Shown piece after piece: positions 48,508 through 57,552 of a stretch of 64,000 nt of DNA. The stretch covers positions 161,278-225,277 of the forward strand of contig CAYZJA010000002.1 in NCBI GenBank assembly GCA_964479005.1, written 5' to 3'. The notes beneath the pieces were generated by a model. It saw nothing but the letters and a program-made list of their open reading frames with translations. It did not search any database and was not told the origin of the DNA. The position numbers were made by a program, and so were the translations under genes. This stretch comes from an uncultured Candidatus Saccharibacteria bacterium (lineage in GTDB: Bacteria; Patescibacteriota; Minisyncoccia; UBA6257). Position 1 is the first letter of the stretch. Each line of letters starts with the position of its first letter.

Positions 48508-49203
48508 ATGTATAATGTTTCTACCCAACAATTTACTGGGCCATTAGACCTTCTTTTGCAATTGGTAGAAAAGAAAAATTTGGAAATTACTGAAATTTCT
48601 TTGGCTCAAGTCACTCAGGATTATATGAATTACGTTGGCGATCAAACATTGGTTCATCCTGAGGAATTAGCGGATTTTTTAGTTATTGCCTCTACGCTTC
48701 TTTTGATAAAATCAAAATCTCTCCTACCAACATTAGAACTGGAAACCGAGGAGCAAGAAGAGATCTTAGATTTAGAAAATCGCCTTCAATTATACAAAGT
48801 ATATAAAGAACAAGGGGTAAAAATGTATGAATTATGGAATAAGCATTCTTATCTTTTTATCCGTCCACCTTGGAAAGACACAGAAGTTAAATTTTCTCCG
48901 TCCAAAAATCTTTCCCTTTCTTCTTTGCCCCAATCTTTTAAAAAGATTTTAGAATCTTTTGAAGAAGAAATTCCTCTTAAAGAAAAGAAAATAGTTAAAA
49001 TAATGACGCTTAAACAAAGAATTAAAGGATTGGTTCAGAAGTTAACTCAAGGAAAAGATTATAGTTTGGAAGAATTAGTGCCTGATAAAAACAAAAGAAT
49101 TGAATTAGTTCTCACATTTTTAGCGGTTCTTTATTTAGTTAAAGAAAATATAGTAAAAATAAAACAAGAGAAAAATTTTGGATCAATATGGATATCAAAT
49201 TAA
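48508..49203 (+). CDS. scpA: Segregation and condensation protein A
   Basis: …FTGPLDLLLQLVEKKNLEITEISLAQVTQDYMNY…. Confidence 0.8.
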   Translation: MYNVSTQQFTGPLDLLLQLVEKKNLEITEISLAQVTQDYMNYVGDQTLVHPEELADFLVIASTLLLIKSKSLLPTLELETEEQEEILDLENRLQLYKVYKEQGVKMYELWNKHSYLFIRPPWKDTEVKFSPSKNLSLSSLPQSFKKILESFEEEIPLKEKKIVKIMTLKQRIKGLVQKLTQGKDYSLEELVPDKNKRIELVLTFLAVLYLVKENIVKIKQEKNFGSIWISN

Positions 49204-49718
49204 CAATAGAAAGTTTGCTTTTTGCTGCTGGGGAACCTCTTTCTGTAAAGAGGTTAAGTAAAATTATTAATGCAAAGGAAGAAAAAATAAAAGAAACCTT
49301 AAACGAATTAAAAGAAGAATTTCAAAATCAAAACAGAGGAATGAGATTGATTAATAAGAAGAGTACTAATAGAAATGAAGAATGGTTGATGGTTACAGCT
49401 CCAGAATCAGCTTCTTTTATTCAAAAATTAAAAAAGGAAGTTATTGAAGGGGATCTTAGTCCAGCCAGTCAGGAAACATTGGCAATTATAGCGTACAGAG
49501 GACCGATAACGCGCGCCAGTATAAATGAAATCAGAGGAGTGGATTCTAGCTACATACTTCATCAACTCCTTTTAAGAGGATTAATTGAACGGTCTATACA
49601 TACTGAAAAATACAAAGCCTATCTTTACAATGTCTCTTTTGAGTTTCTTCAGCATTTAGGAATTAGTAATGTTCAGGAATTATCTCAATATGAAGAATTT
49701 AGTAAGAAAAATAGGTAG
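49188..49718 (+). CDS. scpB: Segregation and condensation protein B
   Basis: …ESLLFAAGEPLSVKRL…ETLAIIAYRGPITRASINEIRGV…. Confidence 0.8.
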   Translation: MDIKLTIESLLFAAGEPLSVKRLSKIINAKEEKIKETLNELKEEFQNQNRGMRLINKKSTNRNEEWLMVTAPESASFIQKLKKEVIEGDLSPASQETLAIIAYRGPITRASINEIRGVDSSYILHQLLLRGLIERSIHTEKYKAYLYNVSFEFLQHLGISNVQELSQYEEFSKKNR

Positions 49719-50601
49719 GATCCATTTTTTTTGGACGATTTTTGCTCTTTGTTTATTTTTAGTGATTTACGGCTTTCTTTTGGAACAGCAAAAAGAGAAT
49801 TTATTAGTCAATGTTCCTTTTGAAATTAATAATCTTCATGATGATATAAGCGCTATCTCTTATCTTATCGGAGATGTTGGCTCAGGCAAATTATTGGCTA
49901 AAAAAAATGGAAACCTTCATTTTTTTTCCGCTTCTCTTAGTAAATTAATGGCGGCAATAATCGCTTTGGAGAATTTTTCTCCAGGTGAAGAAATTCTTAT
50001 TAGTCCTTACGCAGTTAGCATTGAAGGAGAAGAGGGAGGATTGGTTGCTAATGAAAAGATCAGCGCAGGTGATTTATTAAAAATTCTTTTAATTTCTTCT
50101 TCCAATGATGCGGCCATTGCTTTTGAAGAAGCATTGGAGAAAAAAGATGGAAATTTTGTTGGCTTAATGAATCAAAAAGCTCGTGAATTTGGATTATTTA
50201 ACAGCGCATTTTTTGATGCCAGCGGATTGGATAGAAAAGGAAATTTTACCAGTATTGAAGATTTGTTTAAGTTGAGCCGGAAAATTTATCAAGAACATCC
50301 ATATATAGGGGAAATTACGAGAATGGAAGAAGATATTGTTTATTCAATTGATAAAGAAACAATTCATAGCTTAAAAAATACTAATATTCTGGTTGGTGAA
50401 ATTGATAATTTATGGGGCGGAAAAACAGGATCAACCCCTGAAGCGAAAGATTGCCTTTTAACTATTTATGAATTTTCTTTTCCTGAAAAAGATGATAAAA
50501 TGGTTATATCAATTATAGTTTTAAATTCCTCAGATCATTTTGGGGATACAATGAAACTTTACGATTGGGTAAAACAGCAAATAGCAAATGACAAACAATA
50601 A
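49669..50601 (+). CDS. Serine-type D-alanyl-D-alanine carboxypeptidase (PBP5/DacA class, low-molecular-weight PBP)
   Basis: SxxK (SASLSKLM), SxN (SSSND) and KTG (GKTGST) motifs in the correct order. N-terminal signal/TM. The true start may be the internal Met at 49690. Confidence 0.75.
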   Translation: MFRNYLNMKNLVRKIGRIHFFWTIFALCLFLVIYGFLLEQQKENLLVNVPFEINNLHDDISAISYLIGDVGSGKLLAKKNGNLHFFSASLSKLMAAIIALENFSPGEEILISPYAVSIEGEEGGLVANEKISAGDLLKILLISSSNDAAIAFEEALEKKDGNFVGLMNQKAREFGLFNSAFFDASGLDRKGNFTSIEDLFKLSRKIYQEHPYIGEITRMEEDIVYSIDKETIHSLKNTNILVGEIDNLWGGKTGSTPEAKDCLLTIYEFSFPEKDDKMVISIIVLNSSDHFGDTMKLYDWVKQQIANDKQ

Positions 50602-50610
50602 TAAGATTTT

Positions 50611-51669
50611 ATGATTTTTGCTTCTCCGGCTTTTCAAATTATTCGCATTTTATTTTTAGGTGTATTTTCTTCGGTTTTGACTGTTTTTTTAACCCCAATT
50701 CTTTCTCATTTTCTTTATAAATATCATTTAGGAAAACAAATCCGCGAAGACAAAAATACTCCCGTATATACCTCTTTACATAAGAAAAAAGAAGGTACTC
50801 CAACTATGGGAGGTATTCTTATGTGGGGGTGCACATTAGTTGTTGCGTTTTTATTTTTTTGTTTTTCCAAAATAACCAATGGGTTTTTTGGAGCTTTAAA
50901 TTTTCTTTCACGTTCTCAAACATGGCTGCCATTAGGAGCAATGGCTGGGGCTGCTATTGTAGGTTTAGCTGATGATTTGCTGGGGATTTTTCATATCGGG
51001 ATAAAGGGCGGAGGATTAAGGGTGAGAGAAAAAATCATTATTTATACTTCAATTTCTTTAATCGGCGCATGGTGGTTTTGGGCCAAGCTTGGAAGAGATG
51101 CGATATATATCCCTTTTTATGGAGAAGCGAGTTTGGGAGTTTGGTACATTCTTTTTTTTGTTTTTGTTTTAGTAGCTACTACGCTTTCTATGAATGAGAC
51201 AGATGGATTGGATGGTTTGGCAGGCGGGATATCTTTAATCGGGTTTGTTTGTTTATTAATTGTTGCTTTTTCCCAAGGCATGTATAATTTAGCCGCTTTT
51301 CTTGGTGTGCTTATTGGGACTATTGTAGCTTTTCTTTGGTTTAATGTTTACCCAGCTCGTTTTTTTATGGGTGATACTGGCGCTATGGCTCTGGGAATTA
51401 CCATGGGTGTTGTGGCAATGATAACTGATACGGTATTATTTCTTCCATTTTTCGCTTTTATTTTAGTTGTGGAGTCAATATCTGTAATAATTCAAAAAAT
51501 TTACCGAAGGATAAAACATAAAAAACTTTTTCTTTCTTCTCCACTTCATCATCATTTTGAAGCCAAGGGTTGGCCAGAAACCAAAGTAACAATGCGTTTC
51601 TGGCTCATTTCTGGTGTGGTTGCCGCTTTTGGTTTGGCCCTATACTTTCTTGATGTTTTTTTGGTATAA
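50611..51669 (+). CDS. mraY: Phospho-N-acetylmuramoyl-pentapeptide transferase
   Basis: …NETDGLDGLAGG…NVYPARFFMGDTGAMALG…. Confidence 0.9.
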   Translation: MIFASPAFQIIRILFLGVFSSVLTVFLTPILSHFLYKYHLGKQIREDKNTPVYTSLHKKKEGTPTMGGILMWGCTLVVAFLFFCFSKITNGFFGALNFLSRSQTWLPLGAMAGAAIVGLADDLLGIFHIGIKGGGLRVREKIIIYTSISLIGAWWFWAKLGRDAIYIPFYGEASLGVWYILFFVFVLVATTLSMNETDGLDGLAGGISLIGFVCLLIVAFSQGMYNLAAFLGVLIGTIVAFLWFNVYPARFFMGDTGAMALGITMGVVAMITDTVLFLPFFAFILVVESISVIIQKIYRRIKHKKLFLSSPLHHHFEAKGWPETKVTMRFWLISGVVAAFGLALYFLDVFLV

Positions 51670-51846
51670 TATATGGGGATAGCTTGAAAAATTATATATA
51701 AAGAGTTAAAATTGAATTAAATACAAAGGTTCGGAGAATTGTTCAAAAACACGCTAATCGCTACGGTTTTTTCAACAATTCCTCCTCACCTTATTGCTTA
51801 ATAGTTTTAAAAATTAAAAATTGGAAATTAAAAATTATTAAAACGT

Positions 51847-52917
51847 ATGCCCATTGATTATCAAAATAAATTAGCAGAATTAATGATTTTAGCTGCTCAA
51901 CAAGGAGCGTCTGATTTGCATTTAAGTGTAGGCAAACATCCAACTGTAAGAATTGACGGGAACTTAGTGCCAGTTTCCAATGAACCAATTTTAACTCCAG
52001 AAATGACAGCCGGTTTAATCGGAGCTTTATTAACAACAGACCAACAGGAAAATTTGATTACTGAAAAAGAAATTGATTTTGCCTTTTCCTATGAAGACAA
52101 GATTCGTTTTAGGATTAATGTTTATTTCCAAAAAGGGTATCTTTCTGCTGCCTTGAGGTTAATCCCTGTAAACATTAGAACAGTTGAAGAATTAAATTTG
52201 CCTCCAGTGCTTCATGAATTTACTAAATCTCAGCAGGGATTTTTCTTGGCAGTAGGGCCTGCTGGACATGGAAAAACAACTACATTAGCCGCTTTAATAG
52301 ATGAAATCAATCATAAAAGAATGGAACATATTCTTACGATTGAAGATCCAATCGAATATGCCTTTATTCAGGACAGGGCGTTAATTGATCAAAGGGAAGT
52401 TGGGACCGATACATTAAGTTTTCATCGCGGATTGCGTTCAGTGCTTCGTCAGGATCCTGATGTGATTATGATTGGAGAGATGCGCGATCCTGAATCTATA
52501 TCAATTGCTTTAACAGCTGCAGAAACCGGGCATTTAGTTTTTTCTACCTTGCATACTAATTCTGTTAGCCAAACAATAGATCGAATTGTAGATAGTTTTC
52601 CAGGATCCCAGCAAGGGCAAATTCGTTCTCAGTTAGCTACCACCTTGATAGGAATTGTCTCACAAAGGCTTATTCCAAGAATTGCCGGTGGTAGAATTCC
52701 TGCTTGTGAAATAATGTTTGTTAATTCCGCTATAAAAAATCTTATTCGTGAAAAGAAGACTTATCAAATTGATTTAGTTATTGATACAAGCGTCCAAGAG
52801 GGAATGACGTCATTAAATCGTTCTTTGGTAGAGTTGGTTCGCAAAAGAGAAATTTCTTTGGAATCAGCAGAAACTTATTCATTAAATCCTTCAGAATTAA
52901 GGCAACTACTTGGATAA
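51847..52917 (+). CDS. pilT: Type IV pilus retraction ATPase PilT
   Basis: 356 aa. Walker A VGPAGHGKTTTLAA, Asp box (TIEDPIEY), Walker B/His box (…VIMIGEMRD…HLVFSTLHT…). Confidence 0.85.
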   Translation: MPIDYQNKLAELMILAAQQGASDLHLSVGKHPTVRIDGNLVPVSNEPILTPEMTAGLIGALLTTDQQENLITEKEIDFAFSYEDKIRFRINVYFQKGYLSAALRLIPVNIRTVEELNLPPVLHEFTKSQQGFFLAVGPAGHGKTTTLAALIDEINHKRMEHILTIEDPIEYAFIQDRALIDQREVGTDTLSFHRGLRSVLRQDPDVIMIGEMRDPESISIALTAAETGHLVFSTLHTNSVSQTIDRIVDSFPGSQQGQIRSQLATTLIGIVSQRLIPRIAGGRIPACEIMFVNSAIKNLIREKKTYQIDLVIDTSVQEGMTSLNRSLVELVRKREISLESAETYSLNPSELRQLLG

Positions 52918-54127
52918 TATGAAATTTATTTATAGAGCCAAAGACAAACAAGGAAATGTCCGTACGGGAAGAGTTGAAGCCCGTTCTTTAGATACCGCAA
53001 TTGGTATTCTTCAGGGCTATGATTTGATTGTTTTAGAAATTTCACCTGAAAAGAAGGTTACTATTTTTGATGAAATTTTTGGTAGAAAGGCGCGTATTTC
53101 AAAAAAAGATTTGGCGATTTTTATGCGTCAGTTTGCCACTTTATTAGAATCACAAGTTCCTTTGGGAGAAGCCCTAAGAACTCTTTATCTTCAAGCAGCT
53201 ACTCCTGCTATTAAGGATTTGGTTTTTGATTTAGTATCAGATTTAGATTCTGGCTTGCCTCTTTCCAAGTCAATAGAAAAGAAAAGTGATATATTTGGAG
53301 AATTTTATATGCAAATGATAAAATCAGGCGAAATATCCGGTCGATTGGAGGAAGTTTTATCTTATTTAGCTGATTATGCTGAGCATGAATATGATTTAAT
53401 AAATAAAACAAAATCCGCTGCTGCTTATCCAATATTTTTATTTGGAACTTTTTTGTTAGTATCTGTTGTAATTACTGTTGCTTTGGCTCCTCAAATGATT
53501 TCTATTTTTGAAGAATTTGGGGCAACTCCTCCATTAGGGACAAAAATTTTAATTTTTATTGGGGAATTTTTCAGAAGCTGGGGTATTTTAGCAGCAGTTC
53601 TTGTCTTGGGAATGATTTGGTTTTTGATAAATTATTTTCGTTCTACTGAAGGAAGAAGGATTGGTGGCGTGTATATTTTAAAAATTCCTATATTGGGGGA
53701 AATCTATAAAAAGATATTTATTTCTCGTTTTTGTGAGACAGCTGGAACTTTAATCCATGGAGGTATTCCTGTAGTTACCGCTTTTCAAGTTGCTGGGGAT
53801 GCTACTGGTAATTATACTTACCAAAAGATTGGATATAAAGTGGCTGAGGCTGTAAAAGAAGGTAAGAGCATAAGCAGTATTTTAAAAAAATATTATGAAT
53901 ATTTGCCGCCATTAGTTAGCCAAATGGTAGCTGTTGGGGAAGGAACTGGTCGTTTGGATTCAATTTTAAAAAAAGTGGCCGGTTATTTTCAAAAAGAAGT
54001 GGATAGGGCTTTTAGTACGATGATTGATTTATTACAGCCAATTTTAGTGGTAATAATAGGTATCTTGGTGGCATTTCTGGTGTCGGCAGTTTTGCTTCCA
54101 ATATATCAGTTAGCCCAAAGTGTATAA
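52910..54127 (+). CDS. pilC: Type IV pilus platform protein PilC (GspF family)
   Basis: Two GspF repeats with three TM helices. 405 aa. Confidence 0.85.
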   Translation: MDNMKFIYRAKDKQGNVRTGRVEARSLDTAIGILQGYDLIVLEISPEKKVTIFDEIFGRKARISKKDLAIFMRQFATLLESQVPLGEALRTLYLQAATPAIKDLVFDLVSDLDSGLPLSKSIEKKSDIFGEFYMQMIKSGEISGRLEEVLSYLADYAEHEYDLINKTKSAAAYPIFLFGTFLLVSVVITVALAPQMISIFEEFGATPPLGTKILIFIGEFFRSWGILAAVLVLGMIWFLINYFRSTEGRRIGGVYILKIPILGEIYKKIFISRFCETAGTLIHGGIPVVTAFQVAGDATGNYTYQKIGYKVAEAVKEGKSISSILKKYYEYLPPLVSQMVAVGEGTGRLDSILKKVAGYFQKEVDRAFSTMIDLLQPILVVIIGILVAFLVSAVLLPIYQLAQSV

Positions 54128-54162
54128 ATAACAAATAACAATTAATAAATAATAAAAAAACA

Positions 54163-54615
54163 ATGAAAAAATATAGGAAAGGTTTTACTCTAATTGAAAT
54201 GTTAATAGTAATAACTATTATCGCTCTTTTAGCCTCCTTGATTTTAGTAGGAATGGGCGGGGCTAGGGCAAAAACCAGAGATTCAAGGAGGATAGCAGAT
54301 TTGCATAATGTTATGAATGCTTTAGAACTTTATTATGCTAAAGATTATTCTTATCCTGATGCTAGTAACTGGGATGGTTTAATAACTGCTTTAACTACTG
54401 GAGGCATTGGTGTTACACGAGTTCCTAAGGATCCTCTATCACCCAATAAAACTTATGAATATGGAGTATCAGGAGATAATCAAGATTATGTATTAAAGGC
54501 CGCTTTAGAAACAGAAGATCATACTTTAGATGATGATATTGATGGCTCTGTTTATGGATTAGATTGTGGCAGTGGTGGTTCTAGTACTGATGAGTTTTAT
54601 TGTATCCGACCATAA
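54163..54615 (+). CDS. Type IV major pilin (class III signal peptide, C-terminal disulfide loop)
   Basis: MKKYRKG^FTLIEMLIVITIIALLASLIL with the invariant E5. C-terminal Cys pair (…LDCGSGG…FYC). Confidence 0.85.
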   Translation: MKKYRKGFTLIEMLIVITIIALLASLILVGMGGARAKTRDSRRIADLHNVMNALELYYAKDYSYPDASNWDGLITALTTGGIGVTRVPKDPLSPNKTYEYGVSGDNQDYVLKAALETEDHTLDDDIDGSVYGLDCGSGGSSTDEFYCIRP

Positions 54616-54627
54616 TAAATAATATTA

Positions 54628-55524
54628 ATGATATTTCCATTGACCTTTTTGGTTTTTATTTTTGGAACCATAATTGGCAGTTTTTTAAATGTTGTCATTG
54701 ATAGAGCTGATATGAAAGAGTCCCCTGTAAAGGGGCATTCTTTTTGTCCTTATTGTCATAAGATTCTATTTTGGTGGGAATTGATTCCAGTTTTTAGTTT
54801 TTTTGCGCTAAAAGGCAAATGTTTTTCTTGCAAGCATAAACTTTCTTGGCAATACCCTTTAGTGGAAGTGGGAACAGGTTTGTCTTTTGTGTTTCTTTTT
54901 TGGCGTTTTTTCCGTTTTCCATTTGTAAATTTTTCTTTATTGCAAAATATTACTTTTGAGAATTTGTTTATTTTTCTTACTTTCTTTATTTGGTTGTACT
55001 GGATTGCTGTTTTAATTATCATTTCTGTCTATGATTTTAAAAAATATTTGATTTTAAATGAAGTATTAATTCCGGCAATAATTTTTAGTTTTTTTTGGAA
55101 AATAATCTTGGGGTTTTTAATCCAGAAAGAATTTTTTTATTTTATTCCATATCTCACTCATTTTCTAGGTGAAAAAAGTTTTATTTTTGGTTACTATTCA
55201 TATTTTATTTGTATGTTTTTTGGAATCATTTTTGCATGCGGAATTATTTCTTTCTTGGTATGGGCAACTAAAGAGAAAGCTATGGGATGGGGTGATGCTA
55301 TTTTAGCTTTGTTTTTAGGCATTATTTTAGGATGGCCAGAAGTATTAGTAGCATTCATCATTGCTTTTTTATCAGGAGGAGTTGTGGCTTTAACGCTTCT
55401 TTTTTTAAAGAGAAAAACCATGAAAAGCTATCTTCCATTTGCGCCATTTTTATCTTTTGGAGCCCTGACAGTTATGTTTTTTGGTGATATAATAATAGAG
55501 AGGTATTTATCGCTGTTGTTTTAG
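54628..55524 (+). CDS. pilD: Prepilin peptidase / N-methyltransferase PilD
   Basis: Tetracysteine motif (CPYC…CFSC), polytopic membrane domain, conserved Asp in …GWGDAI…. Confidence 0.85.
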   Translation: MIFPLTFLVFIFGTIIGSFLNVVIDRADMKESPVKGHSFCPYCHKILFWWELIPVFSFFALKGKCFSCKHKLSWQYPLVEVGTGLSFVFLFWRFFRFPFVNFSLLQNITFENLFIFLTFFIWLYWIAVLIIISVYDFKKYLILNEVLIPAIIFSFFWKIILGFLIQKEFFYFIPYLTHFLGEKSFIFGYYSYFICMFFGIIFACGIISFLVWATKEKAMGWGDAILALFLGIILGWPEVLVAFIIAFLSGGVVALTLLFLKRKTMKSYLPFAPFLSFGALTVMFFGDIIIERYLSLLF

Positions 55525-55543
55525 CAAGTATTTCCTCTAAATT

Positions 55544-56101
55544 ATGAAATTAAAAATTACAAAACTCAAAAGCAGGGCCTTTACTCTTATTGAAATGTTG
55601 GTAACTTTAGGGATTATTACAGCGTTGTGTTCTATGATTTTGGTTTATTCAAGAAAAAGCGAAACCGTTAGTAATCTTATACGCGAAGGCGACCATGTAG
55701 CATTTGAATTACGAAGAGCTCAAAGTCAGGCAATGTTAGTATTGCAACAAGGTTCTGGTAGTGAGCAAATTTGCGGTTGGGGGATTTATTTAGACCAAAC
55801 AAATCTTCCACAAGAGCAATTCTTATTATTTGCAGATTTATGTTTACCAGATCAATCAATAGGAAATGAAAAATATGATCCAGATGAAGAAGTTGAAATA
55901 ATTTCTCTTTTAAAAGGGGTGGAAATTTTTGAAAGCAATATTTCTTCTATTGCATTTATTCCTCCAGAGCCGAGAATAAAATTTTATCCTGATTTAAATG
56001 ATGGGACTAATGCAAGTATTAAAATTCAATTAAAGAACCAACCTGGAGCATATTACGAAATACAAGTTTCTGAAGCAGGACAAATTTATAAAGAATTATA
56101 A
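55544..56101 (+). CDS. Minor pilin / pseudopilin (GspH/FimT-like)
   Basis: Prepilin signal …RAFTLIEMLVTLGII…. Confidence 0.7.
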   Translation: MKLKITKLKSRAFTLIEMLVTLGIITALCSMILVYSRKSETVSNLIREGDHVAFELRRAQSQAMLVLQQGSGSEQICGWGIYLDQTNLPQEQFLLFADLCLPDQSIGNEKYDPDEEVEIISLLKGVEIFESNISSIAFIPPEPRIKFYPDLNDGTNASIKIQLKNQPGAYYEIQVSEAGQIYKEL

Positions 56102-56106
56102 AGAAT

Positions 56107-56631
56107 ATGATAAAAAAAAGACAAAAAGCTTTCACTCTTATTGAGGTTTTAATTGCTATTACGATTTTGATTATTGGAATTCTTTCCGCGTTTATTCTTG
56201 TTACAAGAGCTCTTTATAACGTTGCTGTTATTAAGGATAGATTAACAGCCAGTTTTTTAGCTCAAGAGGGAATAGAATTAACGCGGCAAATTAGAGACTC
56301 TAATTTTTTACGTATGCTTGGTGAAGAATCTGCAGGCTGGGAAGATGGACTAGAAGATGGTACATATATCATTGAGTCAAAAGTTGATAGCGAAGAGTCT
56401 ATAAAATTAGTTCCTATTGCAGAAGACGAAAATCGTTTTTTCCTTTATAATGATACTCTTAAAATCTATAATTATAGTACTGGAGAACCAACGACTTTTA
56501 ATAGGAAAATAAAAATTACAACTATTAATAATGATGAAATTCGTGTAGAGGCTATAATGCAATGGAAAACCAAAAGAATTGATTTTGATTTAACTGTTGA
56601 AGACCATTTATATAATTGGCTAAAACTGTGA
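56107..56631 (+). CDS. Minor pilin (PilV/PilW-like)
   Basis: Prepilin signal MIKKRQKAFTLIEVLIAITIL. Confidence 0.7.
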   Translation: MIKKRQKAFTLIEVLIAITILIIGILSAFILVTRALYNVAVIKDRLTASFLAQEGIELTRQIRDSNFLRMLGEESAGWEDGLEDGTYIIESKVDSEESIKLVPIAEDENRFFLYNDTLKIYNYSTGEPTTFNRKIKITTINNDEIRVEAIMQWKTKRIDFDLTVEDHLYNWLKL

Positions 56632-56662
56632 ATAACAAACAAATAACAGGAAATAATAAACA

Positions 56663-57181
56663 ATGAATTTCAAAAAAGAGCAAAAAGCTTTCACTCTTGT
56701 GGAAGTATTGGTTTCAATAAGCCTTTTTGTAATGGCTATAACAGTTCTTTCGCAGGTATATATATCAGTTATACGCTCAGAAAGAATTGCTTACGCTCTT
56801 TTAAATAGTGAAAATAACATAAGGAATAGCTTGGAGGTTATGGCGCGTTCAATTAGGATTGGAAAGAATTTTGAGGTTTCACCAAATAACAAAGAATTAT
56901 GTTTTGATTATTATTTAGAAGGAACCTGGGAAAGATGTTGTTATCGTTTTAATGTTGATGATTATATCTTAGAAAAATCGAGCAAGGGTGGTTCTTATAT
57001 GTCCATGTTTGATCCATCGTTAAAAGTTAATTATGGACAATTTTATAATAAAGGAGGTTTGTCTGATTCTCAACCGGTAATGATTATTGTTTTAGAAGTT
57101 TCTACCAGTGTCAGGCAACAGGAATATTTATTTAATTTACAAACCGCTGTAACTCCAAGGTATTTAGGAAAAGAAATATAA
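56663..57181 (+). CDS. Minor pilin
   Basis: Prepilin signal MNFKKEQKAFTLVEVLVSISLF. Confidence 0.7.
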   Translation: MNFKKEQKAFTLVEVLVSISLFVMAITVLSQVYISVIRSERIAYALLNSENNIRNSLEVMARSIRIGKNFEVSPNNKELCFDYYLEGTWERCCYRFNVDDYILEKSSKGGSYMSMFDPSLKVNYGQFYNKGGLSDSQPVMIIVLEVSTSVRQQEYLFNLQTAVTPRYLGKEI

Positions 57182-57183
57182 TT

Positions 57184-57546
57184 ATGAAAAATTCAAATAC
57201 ACAATACACAATACACAATATGAGATACAAACCATCTGGCCAGATATTTTTAATGAGTATTTTAATTTTGGGCGCCGTGATGGCATCTGCTCTATTTTTA
57301 ATGGCTATTTTCATTAAAGATTTTCGTCAATCTGTAGAAACATCAGAGTCTGTTAAAGCATTCTATGCCGCTGATTCAGCTATGGAGTGGCAGATTTACA
57401 ATAGCTTAAATGATCCAGACGCCTCTACGCCGGTGATGATGAATAATACCATCTACAGTTACCAAAATAATTTTGATGAAAGCAAGAATATAAAAACAAT
57501 TGGAGTTTCAAAAAAAGTGAGGCGCGGACTTGAAGTTAACTTCTAA
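57184..57546 (+). CDS. PilX-like pilus-associated protein (N-terminal TM without canonical prepilin cleavage motif)
   Basis: …GQIFLMSILILGAVMASALFLMAI… hydrophobic anchor. Position at the end of the minor-pilin operon. Confidence 0.4.
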   Translation: MKNSNTQYTIHNMRYKPSGQIFLMSILILGAVMASALFLMAIFIKDFRQSVETSESVKAFYAADSAMEWQIYNSLNDPDASTPVMMNNTIYSYQNNFDESKNIKTIGVSKKVRRGLEVNF

Positions 57547-57552
57547 AGGGCT

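Noticed and set aside
51739-51777. Hairpin TTGTTCAAAAAC…GGTTTTTCAACAA after mraY, considered as a terminator
   Set aside because: It has a central C-C mismatch and no trailing U-tract. It may still be a regulatory structure upstream of pilT, but I cannot support a terminator call.
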